Positions 36,796 to 47,500 of a DNA stretch of 64,000 nt are shown piece by piece; within the stretch, counting starts at the first letter, position 1; each line of letters starts with the position of its first letter. Source of the DNA: a virus. The stretch covers positions 128,001 to 192,000 of the IMG/VR virus record IMGVR_UViG_3300037010_002844; one strand, 5' to 3'. The notes under the pieces are model-generated. The model searched no databases and was not told where the DNA came from. It was given only the letters and a program-made list of their open reading frames with translations. Position numbers and translations under genes: made by a program.

Positions 36796-38697
36796 TCAGA
36801 TGACGTTCATGTCCAACACTGTGACGGTCCCGTAGAAGTCCGTGCGGACCATCTTCTTGCCGTATCGGGTCATGACACCCTTGCGCGGCGTGAAGTCTTC
36901 CGGCGCAAAAATCGTCGGGGTGACGATCAGTGGCACGTACGGGGCGTACACGTAACCCGTCTCGAGATAGCTGCCGCCCTTGTAGCCGATCAGGATCTTG
37001 TTGCGGGGGAAGTACGGGTCCTTGTAGACCGTGAAGCGGTTGGACACCGTGCCGATCGCTTCCGCACCAATGGTAAACGGAGAGCCAACCTGTCCCTCGC
37101 CATCGATCGAGAACTTCGGCTTGTACAGCGTGGAAGCCTCGAGGATGGTGCAGACGTCCGGGCCGGTGACCATAAAGTTGGCCGAGCCGCGAAGGGTCTT
37201 ACGGTGAATGGTGTTCGCCACGTCGATGATCGTCTCGATCAACGTCTCGTACCACTCGCGGACCGTGCCCGTGAATTGCGGGCCGATACTCAAGGAGCTC
37301 GCCAGCTGCTGACGGTCACCCGTCAGCTTGTTCACGAAGCGGCCCGGCGAACGCGACCAGAAGAAGTTCGCGCCGTTGGCCTGAGAGACGAGATCATTCA
37401 AGATCTCGCGGTCGATCTCGAGAGCGATCTGCTCCGAAAGGATGCTCGTCAGCTCGACCTCAGCGTCCATCGAGTGGTACGCGTTGAGGTCCTGTGCGAG
37501 TTCAGGCGACCAGCGAGCGCGGAGCCTGCGGGTTGTCGCGGTGATTGCGATCGACTCGATCTTGATATCGATCTCGGGGATGGCCGGAGCCGGGGTCACC
37601 GAGAAGTCCGTCTCGAAGGAGGGAACAGTCAAGGTCGCGCCCGAGCCACCATCGACCATGAGGGCGTCGGCGATCGCCATCGAAACCTTCTGCGTCGCCG
37701 TGTTCAGCGTTGGAACCGAGCCGCCGTTCGACAGCTTCAGCACGAACTGAATGTGCGAACCATTCAGCGGGTTCGGCGTGAAGACCGAGCCGTTCCAGTC
37801 ACCGCGCTTGTTCAGACGACGGAGGTTCAGCAGGCCCTTGCCCGACTGGTAGGAGTCACCCCACTCAACGGCGCCGTTGTTCGCCTGGAAGCCGAAGAGA
37901 GCGATCTGCTCCGGAGCAAGGAAGTCACCCTTCGGGATCTGGGCTGCGATTGCCGCGACCGAGAGGTGGACGAAGGTTACATCCAGGAGGTTGCTGCCCA
38001 GGTCGACCTCAACCTGCGGATCGAACTGCAACATGCGGGCGTTGGTGCCCGAGAAGTCCGTGCTCGAGGCCACGATGCCGCCGGCGGCCCAAGCGTTGTT
38101 GGCACCGGTCCATGCGCCAAGGTCGAGGTTCGAACCCGAGACACCCAGCGAGGCCGAGTGCACCTTCGAGTAACCGACATTCACCAGGTCGTACATACCA
38201 CCCGTGGCGAGTGATCCAGACTGGATGCCCTTGCCGGTCGGGTTGTTGTAGATCGACTGGCCACGCTGGTAAGTCTCGTAGGCCGAGGAGTTACTAAGCT
38301 GCGAGCCAGCATCACCACCAACGTTCGAGCCGTAGGTGTAATCGAGATAGAAGATCAGACCAGACGGTAGGCTCATCGGCTGAATCGAGACAAGCTCGTT
38401 TGCAACGAGGCCACCGAAGACGCGGCGGACGATCGGGAAGGCGATGTTCGAGAAGCCCTGGATCTGACCCGAGGAAGCGACAGCGCCGCCGCCAGTGGAC
38501 AGGGAGTTCGACTCCTTCAGGACCTGGGCAGCCTGGTTCTCCAGGAGCTGCGCCATCGTCTCGCGCTTGAAACCGTCGAGACCGCGGAGCAAGCCAGTAC
38601 GGCTCCACTTCTCAACAAGACGGGCACGCTCAGCACCGACGTGCTTCTCGCGGATGCCCTGGGCCAGCTGGTCCAGTGTAAAAAACTTTGAAGACAT
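36796..38697 (-). CDS. major capsid protein (T4 gp23-like)
   Basis: VSIQPMSLPSGLIFYLDYTYG vs T4 gp23 GVQPMNSPTGQVFALRAVYG. SPELAQDLNAYHSMDAEVELTSILSEQIALEIDREI vs gp23 SIELAQDLRAVHGMDADAELSGILATEIMLEINREV. GYKGGSYLETGYVYAPYVPL...TRYG vs gp23 GYKGPNEMDAGIYYAPYVAL...TRYG. Confidence 0.9.
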   Translation of the reverse strand: MSSKFFTLDQLAQGIREKHVGAERARLVEKWSRTGLLRGLDGFKRETMAQLLENQAAQVLKESNSLSTGGGAVASSGQIQGFSNIAFPIVRRVFGGLVANELVSIQPMSLPSGLIFYLDYTYGSNVGGDAGSQLSNSSAYETYQRGQSIYNNPTGKGIQSGSLATGGMYDLVNVGYSKVHSASLGVSGSNLDLGAWTGANNAWAAGGIVASSTDFSGTNARMLQFDPQVEVDLGSNLLDVTFVHLSVAAIAAQIPKGDFLAPEQIALFGFQANNGAVEWGDSYQSGKGLLNLRRLNKRGDWNGSVFTPNPLNGSHIQFVLKLSNGGSVPTLNTATQKVSMAIADALMVDGGSGATLTVPSFETDFSVTPAPAIPEIDIKIESIAITATTRRLRARWSPELAQDLNAYHSMDAEVELTSILSEQIALEIDREILNDLVSQANGANFFWSRSPGRFVNKLTGDRQQLASSLSIGPQFTGTVREWYETLIETIIDVANTIHRKTLRGSANFMVTGPDVCTILEASTLYKPKFSIDGEGQVGSPFTIGAEAIGTVSNRFTVYKDPYFPRNKILIGYKGGSYLETGYVYAPYVPLIVTPTIFAPEDFTPRKGVMTRYGKKMVRTDFYGTVTVLDMNVI

Positions 38698-38747
38698 TGT
38701 CTTTTTCTCCGTGACTTTCAGTTGATCAGATATCGTTCATGCACCAA

Positions 38748-40751
38748 TCACTTGATGCCAGCGAGGCGTGCCCATCGATCCGTCTCGTAGCCCTCATCGA
38801 GCTTAGTCGAGGCGGGGCGAGTTGCCCGTGAGGCCGAACCGATGACCTTGCGGCCGGCGGACTCTACCAGAGGACGGGAAGTGCCTGCCAAAGTCTTGGT
38901 CAGGCTCTCGTAGATGAGCTTGGCCTCACGGAGGCTCTTCGCCTCATCGAGCCGCTCGATGATCTCAGCCTTCTGCTTGCGCGAGAGTGCCTCGTTCTGG
39001 AGCAACTTGTTCGTGAAGACCAGCTTCGCGTTGAACAGATTCGTTTCTGCCAACTTGTTGCGGAGGTTTGCGTCGGCCTTTCCTTCCGCGGGCCGGATCG
39101 GGCTGCCATTCAGGCGAGCACCATTGCGAGACGCGACTTCCGCCAGCGTCTTCGTCATCTTCTTGACACGCATCACCGACTCGGTGAAGCGGCCGTGCAG
39201 GGCAGCGTGCTCCTTCTTTAGGGCAGCAACCTTACGTGAATCCTTCTTTGCCGTCGCACGAGTGGCTTCCTTCTTCAAGGCAGCAGCGCGGGTCTTAATC
39301 CTCTCCTGCAGGCGCTTCTCGAAGCCGACGCGACGCTTCAGCGCCTCCATCGTTGCACCTGGCTCGCGCGATTCCTTGCCAGACTCAGCGCCCGGACCCA
39401 TCGAAGCCGGAGCGACATTGCCGCCCGCCTCACGAGAATCCTCGGCCTGATCCATTCCGAAGTCCGTCTCATCAAGCTGGTCATCGTCCTGGTCGTCGTC
39501 GCCTTCATCCATCGTCAGTTCGCCATCGATCTCGTCGAGCTGGTCGTCATCCTCGTCACCCTCATCGGACTCCGTGGTGACCTCACCGTCGAGCCAGGGA
39601 TCGCCTTCCGACTTGCCGCCGCCGAACTGATCAATGACTGCGTCAACGCCGGCGCCCTTGGTGGACGGGACCGCATCCTCGCGGAGGGACTTCATCCGAG
39701 CAATCTCACGGCGGAGCATGCTCTCGTCAATTTCGACAATCGTGTCGTCGCTGAGCCGGCGTGACTCCATCTGGTCATCCTGACCCTGGTCCTCACCGCC
39801 CATGTCGAGGTCGCCAAGATCCATGTCCTCGCCACCCTCTTCATCGCCTTCTTCGCCGCCTTCTTCGCCGGCGCCGAGGTCAAGATCTTCACCGCCCTCG
39901 CCGTCTTCGTCTTCGCCAGTGATCAAGTCAACACCGACCGAATCAAGGTCAATCTCATCGGGCAGGCCAGTGAGCTTCAGCGTCACATCGCCTTCATTCA
40001 TCAAATCTTTGAGGCTCTTCTTCGACATCTTCTGCTCCTGGAGCTTGCTGAGTTCTTTGAAGTACGTTTCGAGTTTCGCTTCGTATGAACTCTTCCGTGC
40101 GGGATCCGTTACCGCCTCCTGCACGTAGTCATACATATTCTCCACTCGTGAAATCATATGAGTGATTTGCTCTGAGTAACCACGAGACTCCTTGACCACC
40201 TTATGGGCGGCCTTGAATGCTTGCAGTTGCTCACCGAGCCGGTAGAGACCGGCTTCGAGTTCCTTGATGATTCCTGACTTGGTTGCCTTGGCGACCGGCG
40301 TCAAGGCTTCCACGGATTCAAGGCTAAGCTCGTATTCATCTCCATCGACTGACGTAGGCTGCCCAAAGACAGGTGCAGGGACGGCTGCACCGATGGGGTC
40401 TGTCGCCAACGCATCAAGGTCGAGCGTGACCTTTCCTTCTGCATCAGGGACTGAGATGGCAGCCGCCGCCGTGCCACCATCGCCGGCTGCAGGAACCGCG
40501 CCGACGGGAGCAGTGTCAGTGACCAAGTCGCCCGGCTTGTCCGGGGTGCCCGGAGCACCTGAAACGATTTCAACGACTTCGACATCATCGTCATCATCGA
40601 AATCACCGTGCTCCTTGAGGAGCTCCTTCTCGATCAGATCCCGAATCCTCGGGGTCACTGCCTCGATCAGGGTACGCCTAGCATTATCCTCAGCGACTTC
40701 CTTCAATCGCTTGGCATCTGCTAGAGCCTCTTCGTACAGCTGCTTTGACAT
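38748..40751 (-). CDS. prohead scaffolding protein (gp22-like, acidic coiled-coil)
   Basis: 667 aa, extremely acidic (DDDDDVEVVE, EEGGEEGDEEGGEDMDLGDLDMGGEDQG), coiled-coil. It lies between the protease and the MCP, as in the T4 head module. The N-terminus contains I/L-x-E protease-site-like motifs. Confidence 0.55.
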   Translation of the reverse strand: MSKQLYEEALADAKRLKEVAEDNARRTLIEAVTPRIRDLIEKELLKEHGDFDDDDDVEVVEIVSGAPGTPDKPGDLVTDTAPVGAVPAAGDGGTAAAAISVPDAEGKVTLDLDALATDPIGAAVPAPVFGQPTSVDGDEYELSLESVEALTPVAKATKSGIIKELEAGLYRLGEQLQAFKAAHKVVKESRGYSEQITHMISRVENMYDYVQEAVTDPARKSSYEAKLETYFKELSKLQEQKMSKKSLKDLMNEGDVTLKLTGLPDEIDLDSVGVDLITGEDEDGEGGEDLDLGAGEEGGEEGDEEGGEDMDLGDLDMGGEDQGQDDQMESRRLSDDTIVEIDESMLRREIARMKSLREDAVPSTKGAGVDAVIDQFGGGKSEGDPWLDGEVTTESDEGDEDDDQLDEIDGELTMDEGDDDQDDDQLDETDFGMDQAEDSREAGGNVAPASMGPGAESGKESREPGATMEALKRRVGFEKRLQERIKTRAAALKKEATRATAKKDSRKVAALKKEHAALHGRFTESVMRVKKMTKTLAEVASRNGARLNGSPIRPAEGKADANLRNKLAETNLFNAKLVFTNKLLQNEALSRKQKAEIIERLDEAKSLREAKLIYESLTKTLAGTSRPLVESAGRKVIGSASRATRPASTKLDEGYETDRWARLAGIK

Positions 40752-40771
40752 GCTACCGTTTCCCTGCTGCA

Positions 40772-40779
40772 GTAAGTAT
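40772..40779 (-). promoter_or_regulatory. conserved upstream element GATACTTAC (gene orientation) ahead of scaffold gene
   Basis: Plus-strand gtaagtat, about 21-28 nt upstream of the ATG at 40751. Confidence 0.4.
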
Positions 40780-40801
40780 CATCCCGTGATGCAGTTTCAC
40801 A

Positions 40802-41365
40802 TCACTTGAACTGTTCCAGACCCGACTTGGGATCTGGCATAGATGTGATGGTGCCTGCGTCGCCCAGGGTATTCGCATCATGGACCTTGCCACTCGTGGC
40901 CGTCGGGGAACGAGTTCCCGTGTTCGGTCCGCCGGGCACGTAGGTGGGCTTAACATCAGAAGACTTGATCTTCGGATTTGCCGACTTGTCGACGCCGTCT
41001 GTCTTGCCCGGCCCAGGAGATGATAGGTCAGGAACGTAGGAGTTCGCAGGATCTCCTGCGTTGACCCAAGCGTCATCAGCACCCTTCGATGTGTCAGGAG
41101 CCTGAATCGATGCCTTGGCGCCACCGTAGGTGAAATCAACACCATCCGGGAAGTGCTGCGCATCGCCAGCCTGAATGCCTGAAGTAGCGGCAGCACGGAG
41201 GATGTCGTTACCCTCCTTGGCCGCGTACTTGTAGGCGTCGGCCTGGTCCACGCCGTAGAACGGTGGCGACGTCGTCGAGTCCCCCTTGAAGAGGTTCTCA
41301 AAAAACGTCCTCCGCGGTGACTTCGGCGGAACGTATGTCGTGTACTTTCCCTTACCAGCAGGCAT
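40802..41365 (-). CDS. hypothetical head-module protein
   Basis: 187 aa, Gly/Pro/Asp-rich. The upstream gene ends 16 nt before its start. Confidence 0.35.
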   Translation of the reverse strand: MPAGKGKYTTYVPPKSPRRTFFENLFKGDSTTSPPFYGVDQADAYKYAAKEGNDILRAAATSGIQAGDAQHFPDGVDFTYGGAKASIQAPDTSKGADDAWVNAGDPANSYVPDLSSPGPGKTDGVDKSANPKIKSSDVKPTYVPGGPNTGTRSPTATSGKVHDANTLGDAGTITSMPDPKSGLEQFK

Positions 41366-41380
41366 CTTCGTTCTCCTTGA

Positions 41381-41632
41381 TCAGACGCCCTTACGGATCG
41401 ACTTCATAACCCGGGCCCTGGTCTCGACGATCTTGTTGAGACGAGCGCGAAGGCGCAACTCTTCGACCTTCAACGCCTTGGCGTAGTCGATCTTCTTCTC
41501 AAGAGCGTCAGCATACTCGTCCGCATCCACCTCGTCGGTGTCCTTGGCGCGCTTCTCCGGGTCTTCCATGTCCCCGAACTTACCGACTTCTTCTTCAATG
41601 ATCTTCTTGAGTAGCTTTGACGTGAGCTTCAT
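41381..41632 (-). CDS. small protein, N-terminal motif family member (MKLTSKLLKKIIEEEVG); prohead-core-like position
   Basis: 83 aa. The N-terminus aligns with the tandem family at 8089..9041. The gene is located inside the head module between the protease and the scaffold, like T4 gp67/gp68. Confidence 0.55.
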   Translation of the reverse strand: MKLTSKLLKKIIEEEVGKFGDMEDPEKRAKDTDEVDADEYADALEKKIDYAKALKVEELRLRARLNKIVETRARVMKSIRKGV

Positions 41633-41686
41633 CTATGCACCCTCTCCTGCGTTTAGTGCTACGTCTAAATAGGCATCACCCCGCGA

Positions 41687-42160
41687 TTACGCGGTTTTCT
41701 TGGCCGGTGCATCCATGAAAGCCAGGTTGGCCCACTTTGACGCCGCCTCTTCACCAAAAACCTCTTCAGGTGAGCCAACGAACTTTTCTTCCTGCACGAC
41801 GCGGGACTGGGTGCCTTCAGACGGACGAGCCGCTGAGTCTCCGGCGCCCAACATCTTGGGCAAGGTCGTCATGGCGGTGTCTGCCAGAATGTCTGCCATC
41901 AGCGCGTTGCCGCGTGCCTCAGCTTTGATGGCCTGAGCCAGTGCCTCAGTCGGGCGTCGCCCGTTGGGCAATGTCTGCATGTCAAGCGGCGACTTTCCTC
42001 GAGCGACCGGACGCTGAGGAGCGCGAGATTCAGTGACGGGCAGCGTCATTCCCATCGAAGCGCCAGCACCCGATCCCAGGCCTTCCTGCAAGATCTCAAC
42101 GAGGCACTCTTTGACGATTGCCTTCAGTTGCTGACGTGACATTTTGCCTGTTCCAGACAT
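41687..42160 (-). CDS. hypothetical head-module protein (possible prohead core protein)
   Basis: 157 aa. N-terminal ...QQLKAIVKECLVEILQEG carries an (L/I)xE motif. Ala/Gly-rich. Confidence 0.35.
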   Translation of the reverse strand: MSGTGKMSRQQLKAIVKECLVEILQEGLGSGAGASMGMTLPVTESRAPQRPVARGKSPLDMQTLPNGRRPTEALAQAIKAEARGNALMADILADTAMTTLPKMLGAGDSAARPSEGTQSRVVQEEKFVGSPEEVFGEEAASKWANLAFMDAPAKKTA

Positions 42161-42162
42161 GA

Positions 42163-42666
42163 TTACCCCATCGCCTTTTTCGAAAGATTTTTGTGGGCCA
42201 TCCTGCGCTCCATTGGGGAGGCACGATCGAGCATCAAGACACCATTTAGGTGGTCGACCTCGTGCTGCACAATTCGCGCCAAGAAACCGTTGAGGAAGGC
42301 GTGTTGAGTCTGCCCGGAGACGTCCTGGTACTCGATTTCAATCTCCGTCGAACGAGCAACATTGACAGCAACTCCAGGAATCGACAGGCAACCCTCTGGC
42401 CCGAACTCGACTTCCTTGGAAGACCAGACAATCACGGGATTGACCATGAAGATCATCTCACAAGCTTGTTCACCTGCTGACGGATCGACAACAATCAAAC
42501 GTTGATTGATGCCAACCTGTGGAGCGGCTAGGCCAACGCCGCGTGAGGCGTACATGGTCTCGGCCATCTTCTCGAGTTGGATCTTGAGCTCGGGCCCAAA
42601 GTCATCGACACGGTCGCAGGTCGCCTGCAAGCCCTGGTCGGGGAAGAGAACGACCTGCATGATCAA
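42163..42666 (-). CDS. def: peptide deformylase
   Basis: All three PDF motifs are present: GVGLAAPQVG, EGCLSIPG, QHEVDHLNG. Confidence 0.9.
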   Translation of the reverse strand: MIMQVVLFPDQGLQATCDRVDDFGPELKIQLEKMAETMYASRGVGLAAPQVGINQRLIVVDPSAGEQACEMIFMVNPVIVWSSKEVEFGPEGCLSIPGVAVNVARSTEIEIEYQDVSGQTQHAFLNGFLARIVQHEVDHLNGVLMLDRASPMERRMAHKNLSKKAMG

Positions 42667-43067
42667 CCGACTCCCTGCCAGCCCGCCGAGCCGTCACCCA
42701 GAGTGCCACTCAACTGCGGCATTTCGACAGCATCGATATTTGTCAGGCCACCACAGAACGCAAAGGCTGGCGAGCTGGAGTCGCCAGCAAAATAGACTGC
42801 TGTCACTCGAAGTTCCAGCGTCACCGTCGCATTGGGGCCCACCAGGTAGTAGTTGCTACCCAGGATACCGTTACGAGTGAAACCGACGCGGAGCTTGTTG
42901 GTGCCGTCCAGGTTTGAAACTGTCAGCGTCCTGCTGATCTTGGGCAGGTCAATCCTCAAACAACCCGAAGTTGCCTGAGGTGCGACAGACGACGTGACAA
43001 AAGGCAGCGCAGAAGACTGAAACTCTCCTGCGTAACCAATGCCACCTTTGGGGTTGTTGAGACTCAT
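42663..43067 (-). CDS. hypothetical protein
   Basis: 134 aa, immediately downstream of the prohead protease gene. Confidence 0.35.
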   Translation of the reverse strand: MSLNNPKGGIGYAGEFQSSALPFVTSSVAPQATSGCLRIDLPKISRTLTVSNLDGTNKLRVGFTRNGILGSNYYLVGPNATVTLELRVTAVYFAGDSSSPAFAFCGGLTNIDAVEMPQLSGTLGDGSAGWQGVG

Positions 43068-43073
43068 CTTGCA

Positions 43074-43736
43074 TTACCTCTTGTACGACAGGATGTCGTT
43101 TAGAACCCGGTCAATCCGGTCGCTGCGGTTGAAGATCCGCTTCAGCTCGCCATCGCTTAGCTGGCGACCTTCTGGAATCATGAAGGCACCAGGCGTTGAA
43201 GGCTCAGAAACGTAGTCCCAACAGATCAACTGAAAGTCATCCTGAACCACGTAGTAGTCGCCATCCTTCCGAGTTGACCCCACGCCCCGCGAGGAGATAC
43301 CCAACTTGACGTTGCTCTCGGCCAACGACTGCAGGATCTGACCCGAGGGGGTATTCAGGATCTCGACGGTTCCCATCACTGTTCCGTTCTCGAGGTAGGC
43401 CTCACGGACAATGTGGGAAACGTTCTTCAGGTTGATGACCGAGGAATCAGGGTGATCGAGCTCACCAAGAGCACGATTCTCAATGATGAACTTCTGGTAG
43501 TTCCTGACCTCGCGCTCCAACACACGGAGCGGATAGATTCGGCCGTTCTGGTTTAGGGTGTCTGCCTTCTGCAGGATTCCCTTCATCAGGATCTTCTTGA
43601 CAGCGGGCACCTTGACAGCGTTGCCCTGAGAATCTTCAGTAATGGTCTCAGGCTTGACGACCTCGGTGACCAGCTTGTAGTCAAAGATGTCGTAGGTATT
43701 CAGTAGCCTCTGGTTGCTCATGACATCACTCCTCAC
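43074..43736 (-). CDS. prohead core protease (T4 gp21-like)
   Basis: QNGRIYPLRVLEREV ... GELDHPDSSVINLKNVSH vs T4 gp21 LNGRIYPKEVLDNAI ... GEFDHPDSHSINLKNVSH. Confidence 0.9.
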   Translation of the reverse strand: MRSDVMSNQRLLNTYDIFDYKLVTEVVKPETITEDSQGNAVKVPAVKKILMKGILQKADTLNQNGRIYPLRVLEREVRNYQKFIIENRALGELDHPDSSVINLKNVSHIVREAYLENGTVMGTVEILNTPSGQILQSLAESNVKLGISSRGVGSTRKDGDYYVVQDDFQLICWDYVSEPSTPGAFMIPEGRQLSDGELKRIFNRSDRIDRVLNDILSYKR

Positions 43737-44580
43737 CGTTTAGTTCGGTACTCAACTTGGTGTAAAGCATGAAGCGAGTCACTGTCTCATCATTGACCAC
43801 ATCGAGGGTCTCGGAGATCAGGCGCTCTCGGGCCTCGTTCAGCTTTTCATTGACGTACTTGTTAGCGTTTGCTGCAGTGTACTCGTCCATTCGTTGCAAC
43901 AGGTCAGACTTGATCTCTGCCAGTTTCTTGTGAATGACGGTCGGATCATCGTGAGCGGCCGAAAAGACATACGCCTTGACGAGTGACTTCTGATCATCGT
44001 TCAGGACACCAGCGTACTTCTCGTTCAACTTCTTTGTCATGACCTTCATCAACAGGCGAGCAGTTCCGTTAGACTCTTCACTGATGACATGATCATCAGC
44101 CTCTGGTCGTTCAGACACCAACCACTGGACCAACTGGTCCTCGTAGGTCGCCATCCTCGACAAGTCCTTGTCGGTCGATCGCCAATCATTGAGCAGCGTC
44201 TGCACGGTGGCATACATCCTGTACTCATTGATCTGTTGATCATAGAAGTTGTCATCTTTGATCGAGTAGTTGATGTGCTTGATGAGCAGCGACTTCTCGC
44301 GGTCCAGAGTCTGGATGTCGTGAGATCGGGCCGCCGAGCGCGCCTCGTTCAGGATGTTAGCAGCGACTGCCTCTGACGTCACCTTCGTCTTAATCAACGA
44401 ATTGACGAGCCTAAACTCTCGGTACAGCTCAGAACCAGGCTTGAAGTGCTTTCGGAGGATCTTCAACGCCACGGCAGACTTCTTCTGGTTGCCCTCGACG
44501 AGGGCGGTCGAAATGGTGCGGACAAGGAACTCGTAGAGTAGTCCAGCATTACGCTTCTTGTTGTGGCCCTTGCTGCTCAT
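43726..44580 (-). CDS. hypothetical head protein (prohead core / gp67-gp68 position)
   Basis: 284 aa, lying between the portal and the protease. The N-terminus contains LVEG (an L-x-E site). Confidence 0.35.
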   Translation of the reverse strand: MSSKGHNKKRNAGLLYEFLVRTISTALVEGNQKKSAVALKILRKHFKPGSELYREFRLVNSLIKTKVTSEAVAANILNEARSAARSHDIQTLDREKSLLIKHINYSIKDDNFYDQQINEYRMYATVQTLLNDWRSTDKDLSRMATYEDQLVQWLVSERPEADDHVISEESNGTARLLMKVMTKKLNEKYAGVLNDDQKSLVKAYVFSAAHDDPTVIHKKLAEIKSDLLQRMDEYTAANANKYVNEKLNEARERLISETLDVVNDETVTRFMLYTKLSTELNGEE

Positions 44581-47500
44581 GACTCGTCATCCTCGTTGTC
44601 ATCATCGATGATAAGTACATCGCCTTCGTTAATGGCGCTGCCTGTCAGACCCGGTTCGATCGACTCATCAATCTCGATGTTGATCTCTTGGTCCTCTTTT
44701 ATCAAACCATTCTTCGATCCGCGCTCACCAGGGAACTTCTTTTCCCAACTTAGCAACGCAGCGACCACGTCGCCAGGAAGCCGCTGCTGACGTGCGACGC
44801 TTTCGCCGAATGGGTCGCTGACGACAGACTTCAAGAAGTCGGTATCGTAAGGATCCTCCATCGCTCGATTGTCAGTCGAAGTCATCTTCCTGAAGTCAGG
44901 CATGTGCGTCTTAGACGGTCCGTGCGTCAAGTGACGGCTACGGTTGTAGAGCACGCGGTCAAGCTGCTTCTGAGCCTTGACTGGAATCTCGACGTCCTTC
45001 ATGGCGCCGACGCGGAGCCCAAATGTCTCATCGTCATCATTGTCGTCAGCTGACGTCAGGAGCTGAACACCAGGCGTGGTCTCCTCTTCTGGTTCCTCAC
45101 CTGCGTTTTCCTCGGGAGGCGTCTCTTCTCCGCCTGCGGGTTCCTCACCGCCTCCACCTTCATCGCCGCCGCCAAAGAGGTCTTCGCCTCCCCCGCCGCC
45201 ATCCCCTCCAGCACCCGCGCCGGACTCGATGGCTGCGTCAACGACCTTATCTTTCATGCGATTCTTGTCGATCTGCTTGCACTCCTGATCGTTGAGGCCC
45301 CAGATCTCCTTGCGGACAAAGTCCTTATCAATGAAGCCTTCAGGGGCCGAGCCGCCGATCTCAAACTTGGCACGCCACAGTTCTAGCTTCTGTTGCTGTG
45401 CGACAGTCGACGGGTTGGACAGATGCAACGTAAAGTTCTGCAGATCATCACCGTCATACCCGTGTGCATAGAGGTGGATGATCGCCAGCTTGTTGAGCTC
45501 GGCAAGGATCGTCTTCTGAATGACAGCAATGGTACGCGAGAACCTGATGTCCTCCTGCGCCAACGTGGCCTTGCTGCTAAGCATCTCATCGTAACCCAAG
45601 TAGGCGCGTGGGATCTTCAGAGCAGCAAACAGCTTCTTCTGAATGTAGGCCACGTCCTCGACGGCGGCAGTGTTCTGGCCTCCCGCGAGGGTTTCAATGC
45701 GAGTTCCAGACTCTTGGCCACGAACTGGGATGAAGTAGTCCTCATCGACGCTCTGAAACGCAAATATTAGTCCTACACCACCACCACCACCATGAGGTGA
45801 TTGTGCACCTTTCGCAGCATTTTCACCACCCACGGCAAGATTGTGCCATCGATCAACGGTAACACTGTACACATCTTCAGTTGTATCGATGAGCTCAACA
45901 GAAATGACGACGTGGTTGTTCGCACCGTCAGAAGCAACAACGCCGGTGTCAACGTTGTTGACGTACTGACGACCCAAGGCCGCAGGATGGTGCGCAGCCC
46001 AAACTGCCTTCCAGTTAAGGTAATCGGCGATGATGAACTTACCGACGACGTTTTTATGCAGCGATTTCGCGAGATCGTGAGCCAGATGAGCGTTCGTTGC
46101 TGCGTAGAGCTTCATGAACGTTACGTCGGACTTCAACCGTCTCAGGAACGCATCGAGCCCCTCGAACCTACGAAGCGATCTGATGACGTTGATAACGTAG
46201 ACCTGGCACTCAGGCGACCAAACATAGCGCATGTTCTGTCGGGCACGCTCCCTTCGTTCAGGGTCAGCCCACATCGTAGACATCGCTTCAGAACGTTTGA
46301 CGTAATGCTCAGCGTTCGTTATCAACTGCAGGTTGCCAGTTGAGTTGTTGAGCTTGTCAAAGTTGACGTGATGAATTGTCTTTCCCTGCTGTGAGATGTG
46401 CCCGTTCCGATAGACCTCGAGCCCGAACGCATGAGCCGCGATCAACTCGTGGGTAAAGATGCGTGTTCCGAACGATGGATCGAGCACCTTTTCGTAACAG
46501 TGCTTGTCAACTTCAGAAACTTCAGCGCCTGACATCGGTGCATATGTAACGTGCAACGGCATCAAGCTGTCGCCCGAACGTAGATCCTTCGCTTTAACGT
46601 GAGAACCATCACGAAGCATCATCCTATGTTCAGGTGTGACATTGATGACGCCGCCGTCGTCCAGCGTCACCCTGACAAACTGTTTCGTAGTACCTGACTT
46701 CCCGGCCCAGATCACCTTGCCGGGTACCAACCTACCCCCCGCTTCGAGATCAAGGGAATAAGTCTCATGGTCTCGGCGCCCTTCATTCCACTCCTTGACT
46801 AGCTCATCGATCCGCAGCATCCTACCATCCAACAATGGTATCTGAACGTTCGCTGCGAAGCACAGTGGATTGTACCTGAGGTCCACACGACCAGAAGAGC
46901 GATCAATGACCTGATTCGTCCTGAGGTTCTTCCTCTGCTCTTCAACATAAAGAGGCACGTCCTGCGCTGGAACGTTGGCAACGTCGATGTAGAAGACGCG
47001 GCGTTCAGGTGCCCTGACGACGCGGTACACCAACATTGCATCTTCGATGAGGATCAACTGACGCCAAATGCGGCGGGCAGGCTCAATGATCGATGACCCG
47101 TAAGGCAAGAACATGTCGTTGCCCAAGAGCCGAAAGTGAGTGATCTCCCAGTTCTCGAGGACTCGATTACCTAGGGTGACCCAGCGATACCTGACCGCAA
47201 ACGGATCGTCACGATCGTAGTTCTCTTCGCGCTCGATCTCGTTGACAGGGATCGGGAACGCTGAGACGACTCCGTACGTTGGAGAAACGTCATTATAGAG
47301 GAAGAAGTCGCCGTACTTAACAAGATTGCGCGCCCAGGATCGCAGGTTGAACTCGGTGTTCAACGTATTGTAGAAAAGGTCCTCGAGCACCTCGCGAATC
47401 TTCTCATTGTCCGAGTAAATGTGGAGGACGCGGCCTTTCTCATCCTGTGCACACGTTTCGTCGGCATAGATGTCAAGAGCAGCCGCGATCTCAGGAGTAT

